A stretch of DNA of 64,000 nt from Clostridiales bacterium. Lineage in GTDB: Bacteria > Bacillota > Clostridia > Oscillospirales > Oscillospiraceae. The first letter of the stretch is position 1. The number at the start of each line of letters is the position of its first letter. Positions 9,390-16,356 of this stretch are shown here, piece after piece. The notes beneath the pieces were generated by a model that had not been told where the DNA came from, did not search any database, and saw nothing but the letters and a program-made list of their open reading frames with translations. The stretch is from contig JALFSI010000015.1 in the NCBI GenBank assembly GCA_022779365.1, positions 13,698 through 77,697 of the forward strand, read 5' to 3'. Made by a program: the position numbers and the translations under genes.

Positions 9390-9399
9390 GGAGGGTTTT

Positions 9400-10560
9400 A
9401 TGACTACCAGACTGGCTCTGCAAATGCTCGCCGCGATGGCGGCAGCCGTTGCGATCTCGTTTTTATCCACCCCGCTCGTCAAAACGCTCGCCTATAAGGT
9501 CGGCGCGATCGACGTGCCGAAGGACAGCCGCCGGATGCACAAGGTCCCCATCCCGCGCCTTGGGGGACTTGCGATTTTTCTGGCGTTCCTGCTTTCGGCG
9601 CTGATCTTTGCCGACATTGACCGCCAGCTTCAGGGCATTCTGCTCGGCGCGGTCATCATCGTGGTGCTCGGTGCGCTGGACGATGTGCTGGCGCTCAAGG
9701 CGCTGCCGAAGCTCATCGTGCAGATTTTGGCTGCGGGCGTTGCCGTGTATCACGGGTGCGTCATCCAGTTTATCTCGAACCCGAATGTGTTCAGCAACGC
9801 AACTTATGTAAACCTCGGTTGGCTGTCCGTGCCCATCACGATCATCTGGATCGTCGCCATCACGAACGCCGTCAACTTCATCGACGGGCTGGACGGGCTG
9901 GCGGTGGGCGTATCGTCCATCTCGGCGGCGGCGCTCATCGTCATCGCGCTCATGGTCGCGGAGACGAACATCGCCATCATCCTCTGCGCGCTGTTCGGCG
10001 CGTGCCTCGGCTTTATCCCGTATAACATGAACCCGGCGAAGATCTTCATGGGCGACTCCGGCTCAACGTTTTTGGGCTACATTCTGGCGACGCTGTCCAT
10101 CACGGGTCTTTTCAAAATGTACGCCATTATCTCCTTTGCCGTGCCGTTCCTCATTCTGGGGCTTCCGATCTTTGACATCTGCTTCGCCTTCCTGCGCCGC
10201 ATCGCGCACGGGCAGAGCCCCATGCAGGCGGACCGCGGGCACGTCCATCACCGGCTCATCGACATGGGCTTTACGCAGAAGCAGGCGGTCGCCATCGCAT
10301 ATATGCTCACGGCGATCCTCGGTCTTGCGGCGGTGGTGCTGACGAGTTCCGGCGAGCTCAAGGCGCTGATTTTGATCGGCGCGGTATTCGTGGTCGGCGC
10401 GATCGGGATGCGCCTGATCTTCTCGTCGCACGAGCCGGAAAAGACGGACGCCGAAGCGTCCGCCGAAAACACCGCGCCCGCGGAAGCGCCCGCCGGATCA
10501 GATGCTGCGCAGGACGCGCAGCCGGAGGATTCGACGGAAAATGAGCCGCCGCAGGCGTAA
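9400..10560 (+). CDS. undecaprenyl-phosphate GlcNAc-1-phosphate transferase (MraY/WecA/TagO glycosyltransferase family 4)
   Basis: IDVPKDSRRMHKVPIPRLGG and NAVNFIDGLDGLAVG motifs, about 10 TM segments. GAGGAGGG RBS precedes ATG 9400. Acidic low-complexity C-terminal tail. Confidence 0.82.
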   Translation: MTTRLALQMLAAMAAAVAISFLSTPLVKTLAYKVGAIDVPKDSRRMHKVPIPRLGGLAIFLAFLLSALIFADIDRQLQGILLGAVIIVVLGALDDVLALKALPKLIVQILAAGVAVYHGCVIQFISNPNVFSNATYVNLGWLSVPITIIWIVAITNAVNFIDGLDGLAVGVSSISAAALIVIALMVAETNIAIILCALFGACLGFIPYNMNPAKIFMGDSGSTFLGYILATLSITGLFKMYAIISFAVPFLILGLPIFDICFAFLRRIAHGQSPMQADRGHVHHRLIDMGFTQKQAVAIAYMLTAILGLAAVVLTSSGELKALILIGAVFVVGAIGMRLIFSSHEPEKTDAEASAENTAPAEAPAGSDAAQDAQPEDSTENEPPQA

Positions 10561-10580
10561 AATAGGAAAGGAGGCCCGCC

Positions 10581-11354
10581 ATGAAATCGCGTTCTCTCAA
10601 ACCGGCGGTCCTCGTGCTTGCCGCCGTGCTCATTCTGGCGCTGCTGGCTGCCATCGTCATCACGCAGACCGCCCGCTCCCGCGCGGAGCAAGCGATCACG
10701 CTGCCCGGCGCGTCCTACGCCCCGGAGGAGCAGCCGCAGACATCTACCGGCGAGAGCCTTGCCGAGATCACCCCGCAGAATGTGCAGGCTGTGTTGGCGC
10801 GGACGCTCGCCCGCCCCACGTTTTATCATCAAATTCTGACCGCCACGCTGCGGGCGGACGATTTTACGCGCACGCAGCAGATCGAGCTGTGGCGGCAGGA
10901 CACCCTTTTGCAGGCGGATATTACGCAGGATGATTCCGTCCGCCATCTGCTGACTGACGGGCAGACGCTCTACGTCTGGTACGACGGCGAGACCACGCCG
11001 TCCGTCATCACGCTGGACGGCTCGGTCAATTCCGATGAGCTGCTGGGTGTGCCGACGTATGAGACGCTGACGGAGCTTCCCCGCACGGCGATCACCGGCG
11101 CGGAGGTCGTCAGCCTGACAGAACCGGACGAGCCGTCGTGCCTGTTCGTTTCGTGCGTGCAGAGCGGTGTCCGGCAGGAATACTGGGTCAGCCTGACGAG
11201 CGGTCTTTTATGCAAACAGATCACCTACAGCGGCGAAGAGCCGATGTACACGGTGGATCAGACGCTTTCTGAGCGGCTGACCGCCGGCGACGAAGCGGCG
11301 CAGGCGCTTTTTGCCCTGCCCGACGGCTCACAGCCGTTTGCTACAGCAGAATAA
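10581..11354 (+). CDS. membrane-anchored hypothetical protein (single N-terminal TM, extracytoplasmic domain)
   Basis: AGGAGG RBS and an N-terminal hydrophobic helix (AVLVLAAVLILALLAAIVI). No family recognised. Confidence 0.55.
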   Translation: MKSRSLKPAVLVLAAVLILALLAAIVITQTARSRAEQAITLPGASYAPEEQPQTSTGESLAEITPQNVQAVLARTLARPTFYHQILTATLRADDFTRTQQIELWRQDTLLQADITQDDSVRHLLTDGQTLYVWYDGETTPSVITLDGSVNSDELLGVPTYETLTELPRTAITGAEVVSLTEPDEPSCLFVSCVQSGVRQEYWVSLTSGLLCKQITYSGEEPMYTVDQTLSERLTAGDEAAQALFALPDGSQPFATAE

Positions 11355-11640
11355 ACGCCGCCAGCGTCAGCAGGACCGGCAGCGGATCGTCCGCATCGCT
11401 GTCAACGAGCAGCAGCAGTAGGATCGCAATCACGAGCAGATCGCCCGTGTCCGTGCCGCGCGGCAGAAGGCGGCTGAAAAACCCGCCGCCCGGCTGTTCG
11501 CACGGCGGTGCGGGCGGTGCGCAGGGAGGCGCTTGTGTGGACTGCTGCGCGGGAGCGTCCTGCGGCGGCTGCACGTCCATACGGAGATACTTACCGTCCG
11601 GCTGCGGAATGTAGCGGTTATACACAAAATCACCTCGCAT
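11341..11640 (-). CDS. small proline-rich protein with C-terminal hydrophobic segment (unknown function)
   Basis: Third gene of a three-ORF minus-strand set. Overlaps the upstream ORF by 11 nt. GC3-rich codons. C-terminus reads DTGDLLVIAILLLLLVDSDADDPLPVLLTLAAFILL. Confidence 0.45.
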   Translation of the reverse strand: MRGDFVYNRYIPQPDGKYLRMDVQPPQDAPAQQSTQAPPCAPPAPPCEQPGGGFFSRLLPRGTDTGDLLVIAILLLLLVDSDADDPLPVLLTLAAFILL

Positions 11641-11986
11641 CGCGCGTCCCTGGTCCTCCCCTGCGCAGCGCGCTGCCCGCGATGCCGCTCAGGCGCGCGA
11701 TCTGGAGCGCGCGTTCGATCTTTTCCCGGCGCGACGGGCGCAAAAACGGTTCGAGTGCGCGCAGCAGCGCCTCCTGCCGCTGCGCCAGTCCGCCCATCGG
11801 CGGCGACTGTACGGGCGGCGGTGCGGGCGGTACATCCGGCGGCGCTTTTTCTTCGGGTGGCGAACCCGCGGGCGCGTCCGGCGGCGGCAGCGTCACGCCG
11901 AGGCTTTTCGCCAGCTCCAGCACCTGCGCCATCTGCGCCGGGTCGTTCAGGACCTCCTGAATTTTCTGCGAAAGCTGTTCTTCCAT
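11630..11986 (-). CDS. small hypothetical protein with central Pro-rich linker
   Basis: 118 aa, second gene of the set. Helical ends flank PPPDAPAGSPPEEKAPPDVPPAPPPVQSPP. Confidence 0.45.
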   Translation of the reverse strand: MEEQLSQKIQEVLNDPAQMAQVLELAKSLGVTLPPPDAPAGSPPEEKAPPDVPPAPPPVQSPPMGGLAQRQEALLRALEPFLRPSRREKIERALQIARLSGIAGSALRRGGPGTRDAR

Positions 11987-11994
11987 CGCGCCGC

Positions 11995-12237
11995 CTACTT
12001 TCGGTTGATGGCGTCCACCAGCCGGGACGCCTCCGGCGTCTGCATGACCGGCTCTAAAATTTTCTGCGCGGCGGCGTAGTCCCCGCTCTTCACGGCGCTT
12101 GCCGCCTGACGCAGCGCCGCGCCGCCGTCCCGGTTGAGTAGTCCCAAAAGCTGCTGCCCCTCTTTTGTGCCGAGCACCCTGCGGATCTGCTCCGGCGTAA
12201 AGGAAAACGACTGCCCCATCGGCTGATTGCTGTCCAT
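11995..12237 (-). CDS. small hypothetical protein (80 aa)
   Basis: GGGAGG RBS 7 nt upstream of the ATG. First gene of the three-ORF set, divergent from the phosphoesterase gene. Confidence 0.45.
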   Translation of the reverse strand: MDSNQPMGQSFSFTPEQIRRVLGTKEGQQLLGLLNRDGGAALRQAASAVKSGDYAAAQKILEPVMQTPEASRLVDAINRK

Positions 12238-12304
12238 AAGCTGCCTCCCTATGCTTCCTGATCTACATCCAGTCTATGCCGACCCTCCGGCGTTGGTGCA
12301 TCGT

Positions 12305-12775
12305 ATGAAAATTCTTGTTTTTTCCGACTCTCACGGCTCGCTTGGGAATATGTATGAAGCGGTGGAGCGCGAATCGCCCGACCGCATTCTCCATCTCGGC
12401 GACCACTTCCGCGACGCGGAGGATCTGGACCTCGCGTTCGGCGGTCTTGATATACTCTATGTGCCGGGCAACTGCGACTATGCCGCACAGATCCCGGCGA
12501 ATCTTGAGATTGAAGTGGACGGCGTGCGCATTTTCCTGACGCACGGGCATCTGTTCAGCGTCAAATCCGGGACGCAGCGTCTTCTTTTGGAGGCGCAGCG
12601 GCGCGGCGTGCAGCTTGCGCTGTTCGGGCACACGCATCAGGCGGTTTGCGAAGAAATAGACGGCGTGACGCTCTTCAATCCCGGCTGCTGCGGGCGCTTT
12701 ACGTCCCGCCCCAGCTACGGCGTGATCGAGACCGATCACGGACAGTTCACCTGCCGCGTCTGCGATTGTGACTGA
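12305..12775 (+). CDS. YfcE/MJ0936-family metallophosphoesterase
   Basis: Motifs ILVFSDSHG, HLGDH, VPGNCD, LTHGH and GHTH. Confidence 0.85.
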   Translation: MKILVFSDSHGSLGNMYEAVERESPDRILHLGDHFRDAEDLDLAFGGLDILYVPGNCDYAAQIPANLEIEVDGVRIFLTHGHLFSVKSGTQRLLLEAQRRGVQLALFGHTHQAVCEEIDGVTLFNPGCCGRFTSRPSYGVIETDHGQFTCRVCDCD

Positions 12776-12794
12776 CGCGGCACAGGAGGTATTT

Positions 12795-13565
12795 ATGATC
12801 CTTGCAATTGACATCGGCAACAGCAACATCGTCATCGGCTGCATCGAAAACGGCGTGATTCAAAACGAGACCCGCATCGCGACGGATCTCGTAAAAACCT
12901 CGGATCAGTATTGCTTTGACCTCAAAAATATGCTCTCGCTGTCCGACGTGCCGGTCGCGCGGCTGGAGGACGTCATCATCTCGTCCGTCGTGCCGCCGGT
13001 ACTCAACTCCATGCGTACCGCTGTTTTGAAGCTCACGGGCAAGAAGCCCTTTGTTGTCGGTCCCGGCATCAAGACGGGGCTGAACATTCTGCTGGACAAT
13101 CCGCAGCAGGTCGGCAGCGACCTTATCGTCGCCGCCGTCGCGGCGCTGCGCGAATATAAGCCGCCGCTCATCCTCATCGACATGGGCACGGCGACGACCA
13201 TCTCGGTCATCAATAAGGACCGTGCGTATCTCGGCGGCTGCATCTGCCCCGGCGTGCGCATCTCCGCCGAGGCGCTCTCGTCGCGCGCGGCGCTGCTGCC
13301 GGGCATCGATCTGGATCAGCCCCGGCGCGCCATCGGCAAAAACACCACCGACTGTATGCGCAGCGGCATCATGCTCGGCGCGGCGTGTATGCTGGACGGC
13401 ATGATCGAGCGCATGGAGCAAGAGCTCGGCGAGCGCGCCACCGTAGTCGCCACCGGCGGCATCGCGCGCTTTGTGCTGCCCATGTGCCGCCGCGAGATCG
13501 CCTATGACCGCAACTTGCTGCTCAAGGGGCTTGCCGTTTTGTATCAGATGAACCGAAAGGGATAA
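12795..13565 (+). CDS. coaX: type III pantothenate kinase
   Basis: N-terminus MILAIDIGNSNIVIG, plus DMGTATT and ATGG motifs. AGGAGG RBS. Confidence 0.9.
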   Translation: MILAIDIGNSNIVIGCIENGVIQNETRIATDLVKTSDQYCFDLKNMLSLSDVPVARLEDVIISSVVPPVLNSMRTAVLKLTGKKPFVVGPGIKTGLNILLDNPQQVGSDLIVAAVAALREYKPPLILIDMGTATTISVINKDRAYLGGCICPGVRISAEALSSRAALLPGIDLDQPRRAIGKNTTDCMRSGIMLGAACMLDGMIERMEQELGERATVVATGGIARFVLPMCRREIAYDRNLLLKGLAVLYQMNRKG

Positions 13566-13637
13566 AAACAGCACCGCACAATTTGCAAACGCAATTGCGC
13601 GATGCTGCCAAATCAAAAGTCAAGGGAGGGATGCACG

Positions 13638-14837
13638 ATGGAAAATTACGCCGCAGACGCGCTGTTCCTCTCGCCGCGCAAGCTCAGCACCTTTGCAAAG
13701 CAGCGCACCGCGCCGTTTTATCTCTACGATGAAGCCGGTATCCGCGCCGCCGCCAAGGCGCTGCTTGAGACCTTCAGCGCGTTTTCCGGCTTTCGGCAGT
13801 ATTTCCCCGCGGCGCTGAATCCCAATCCCACGATCTTGCGCATTTTGCAGGAGGCTGGCTTCGGCGTGCTGTGTGAAAATGAAGCGCAGCTTCGTCTTGC
13901 GGCAGGCTGCGGCTTTGCGGACGAGCGCATCCTCTATGCGCCGATGGTCTTTTTACCGGCGGCGGAAGCGCTGGCGACGGAGCTGGACTGCACGTTCGTG
14001 CTGGACGGTCCGCACGCGCTGCCGCACCGTGCGCCGAAGCGGGCAATTCTGAGCCTGCGCCCCGCGCAGAAGCTGCGCGCCGACGACGGCACACCCATTT
14101 CGTTTGACAATCTCAAGACCGGGATGCCGGAGGCAGACCTCCTTCGTCTGGCAAAGCGCCTGCAATGTGGCGGGACGCAGTCGATCGGGCTGATTTTGCA
14201 CGCCTGCCGCAACGACCTGCGCGAGGCGTATTACCCCGCCATCGCGCGGGAGCTGTTCACCTGCGCGGTGCATCTGAAGGAGCAGACCGGCATCACGCCC
14301 GACTGCTGCAATCTCGCCGACGGCATGGGCATCGCCTATCACCGCAATACCGCCGACCGCGAGCCGTCGCTTTCCGCCATTGCCGCGCGGATCGCGGCGC
14401 TGCGCGAGGAGCTGCTGCTGCCCGCCGGACTGGACTCCATGCGGCTGGAACTGGCAGCCGGTCGCGGCGTGCTGGCAAAGCACGGCATTTTCGTTGCCCG
14501 CGTAATGGCAGTCAAGCCGCTTAAAAATACGCTCATCCTGCTGGATGCCGCGGCGCAGCAGTTCCCGGATGCAAGCCCGCTCACGACGTATCATCACGTC
14601 AGCCTCTGCGGCAAAAATCAGATCCCGGGACGCATTCTCTGCGACGTAGCGGGCTGCCAGATGGACCTGCGCGGTCTGTTTGCCTCGCGCCGCCTGCTGC
14701 CGCCCGCCCAACCGGGCGACCTGCTCATTTTCCACGACGCGGGCGCGGGCGGTCACGCGCAGAGCATCCCCGGCACAGGCTTTGCGCCCTGCGACGAATT
14801 TCTGCTGACCGCAAAAGGCGAAATTATTCAGATTTAG
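13638..14837 (+). CDS. diaminopimelate/ornithine decarboxylase-fold (fold-type III PLP) homolog with degenerate active-site motifs
   Basis: Collinear with LysA (FYLYDEAGIR ... GAGGHAQ), but the PLP-lysine motif reads FPAALNPN, EPGR reads AAGR, and CESGD reads LCGKNQ (see finding). Confidence 0.7.
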   Translation: MENYAADALFLSPRKLSTFAKQRTAPFYLYDEAGIRAAAKALLETFSAFSGFRQYFPAALNPNPTILRILQEAGFGVLCENEAQLRLAAGCGFADERILYAPMVFLPAAEALATELDCTFVLDGPHALPHRAPKRAILSLRPAQKLRADDGTPISFDNLKTGMPEADLLRLAKRLQCGGTQSIGLILHACRNDLREAYYPAIARELFTCAVHLKEQTGITPDCCNLADGMGIAYHRNTADREPSLSAIAARIAALREELLLPAGLDSMRLELAAGRGVLAKHGIFVARVMAVKPLKNTLILLDAAAQQFPDASPLTTYHHVSLCGKNQIPGRILCDVAGCQMDLRGLFASRRLLPPAQPGDLLIFHDAGAGGHAQSIPGTGFAPCDEFLLTAKGEIIQI

Positions 14838-15025
14838 AGCATCGTGAAAAATAAGAGCGTGCACACGATCACGCACAAGCCGATCGCGCCGGTCACAACG
14901 GCTTCGGCGGCAGTGGCAAGCGTCTGCCAGCGCTCCCGTCTCGATGACCGCCGAGCGGGACGTGTAGCGCAAACAGGTGCGGCAGGCTGGTAATATTTCA
15001 GTTCGATCACGTTCGTCCGTTCCAT
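14834..15025 (-). CDS. small tail-anchored membrane protein (63 aa, hypothetical)
   Basis: AGGAGG lies 8 nt upstream of ATG 15025. Basic N-terminal part and a C-terminal TM (AVVTGAIGLCVIVCTLLFF). Convergent 4-nt overlap with the upstream gene. Confidence 0.4.
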   Translation of the reverse strand: MERTNVIELKYYQPAAPVCATRPARRSSRRERWQTLATAAEAVVTGAIGLCVIVCTLLFFTML

Positions 15026-15086
15026 TTGGGATACCTCCTTCGTTTGTAAGCCCATAATACCAGACGACGTGTCCAATAAAACGTAC

Positions 15087-15126
15087 CCAAACGCAACTCC
15101 TGCGCTGGGTTCGCGTTTGAACAGGC
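15087..15126. repeat. REP-like palindromic repeat, copy 1 of module A
   Basis: ccaaacgcaactcctgcgctgggttcgcgtttgaacaggc is about 80% identical to 48097-48136. It forms a hairpin (aaacgc..gcgttt). Confidence 0.55.
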
Positions 15127-15150
15127 AAAATAACATTTGGAGGAGACACT

Positions 15151-16056
15151 ATGGAACAGTACTACCTGCAAGCCGGCAGCAGAAGCATCCATTGCTGCAA
15201 GTGGACGCCGGAGGGCGCGCCGAAGGCGATCGTCCAGATCGTGCACGGTATTGCCGAGCATATCCTGCGCTACGACCATTTTGCGACCTTTCTCACGCAG
15301 CACGGCTATCTCGTCGTGGCGGAGGATCACATGGGACACGGCGGCACGCTCGCACGCGGCGATGTTCGGGGCTATTTTGACGGCGGCTGGCTGTGTGCGG
15401 TGGAAAACGTCAAGCGCCTGCACGACCGCACGGTGGAGGAGCATCCGTGTCTGCCGTATTATTTCCTGGGACACAGCATGGGCTCATTCCTGCTGCGCAC
15501 CTACCTCTACACCTACCCCGATGCTCTGGACGGTGCGATCCTCTCCGGCACGGGCTGGGAGTCCCAGTCCACGCTGCGCGCTGGGCTCGCATTATGTAAA
15601 CTTGAGGAGAAACGTCTCGGCGAAAAGAAGGTCAGCAAGCTCCTCAACAACATCATGTTCGGCACATATAACCGCGCCTTCCAGCCCAACCGCACCACGC
15701 ACGACTGGGTCTGCTCGGTCGATTCCGTGGTGGACGCGTATCTTGCCGACCCGCTGTGCGGCTTTGACGCAACAGTCGGGCTCGCGCGCGATATGCTCAC
15801 CGGCATCCGCATGAACGAGCAGCCTGAAAACCTGAACAAGATGAACAAGGCACTGCCTGTGCTCTTTATCTCCGGCATGGACGACCCCGTCGGGCGCATG
15901 GCAAAGGGCGTGCTGCACTGTATCGACGCCTTCAAGCGCACGGGGCTGCGCAGCATCACCATCCGCCTCTACCCCAAGGCGCGCCACGAGATCCTCAACG
16001 AGTTCAACCGCGACGAGGTCTACGCCGACGTCCTCCTCTGGCTGGAGGAGAGATAA
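15151..16056 (+). CDS. alpha/beta hydrolase (lysophospholipase/monoacylglycerol lipase-like)
   Basis: Oxyanion HG motif VHGIAEH, nucleophile elbow GHSMGS, C-terminal His in ARHEIL. Confidence 0.82.
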   Translation: MEQYYLQAGSRSIHCCKWTPEGAPKAIVQIVHGIAEHILRYDHFATFLTQHGYLVVAEDHMGHGGTLARGDVRGYFDGGWLCAVENVKRLHDRTVEEHPCLPYYFLGHSMGSFLLRTYLYTYPDALDGAILSGTGWESQSTLRAGLALCKLEEKRLGEKKVSKLLNNIMFGTYNRAFQPNRTTHDWVCSVDSVVDAYLADPLCGFDATVGLARDMLTGIRMNEQPENLNKMNKALPVLFISGMDDPVGRMAKGVLHCIDAFKRTGLRSITIRLYPKARHEILNEFNRDEVYADVLLWLEER

Positions 16057-16093
16057 AAAGTGCAAACCCCCGGAAATGAGCGGGCTGCATGAG

Positions 16094-16137
16094 ACAAGAA
16101 CCGGCACAGCGGGATGATCTGCTGTGCCGGTTCTTGT
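16094..16137 (+). terminator. intrinsic terminator hairpin after the hydrolase gene
   Basis: 17-bp stem acaagaaccggcacagc / gctgtgccggttcttgt, followed by tgcatttt. Confidence 0.6.
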
Positions 16138-16159
16138 TGCATTTTGGTGTGCTGCGAGT

Positions 16160-16285
16160 ATCTCTTGCCTCTCCCTTTGGGAGAGGTGTCCGAACGCAGC
16201 GAGGACGGAGAGGGTCATCGCTCAAAAAGGCTGCGCTCCCCTCTCAGTCAGCTTCGCTGACAGCTCTCCCAGAGGGAGAGCCAAG
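16160..16285. repeat. cluster of short GC-rich hairpin (REP-like) units
   Basis: Three hairpins: cctctcc-ctttg-ggagagg (16168-16186), gtcagc-ttc-gctgac (16247-16261) and ctctccc-aga-gggagag (16264-16280). No coding signal. Confidence 0.45.
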
Positions 16286-16287
16286 AA

Positions 16288-16317
16288 ATGGAGCGTATCG
16301 GTATCGATACGCTCCAT
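16288..16317 (-). terminator. palindromic hairpin 3' of glgP
   Basis: 13-bp perfect arms atggagcgtatcg / cgatacgctccat with loop gtat. On the minus strand it is followed by ttcttgg. Confidence 0.5.
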
Positions 16318-16356
16318 GAACTGTTTTGTGAGCACACGTCAAAACCGGGGGCTTTT

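Noticed and set aside
9181-9399. Upstream extension of the TagO/WecA-like ORF overlapping the trpS 3' end
   Set aside because: The extension is Arg/Ser/Pro-rich and lies out of frame inside trpS. A GAGGAGGG RBS precedes ATG 9400, where the membrane protein begins.
12263-13616. 193-aa and 289-aa minus-strand ORFs antisense to the phosphoesterase and coaX genes
   Set aside because: The opposite strand shows clear family motifs and RBSs. The antisense translations are low-complexity and Arg/Ala/His-rich.
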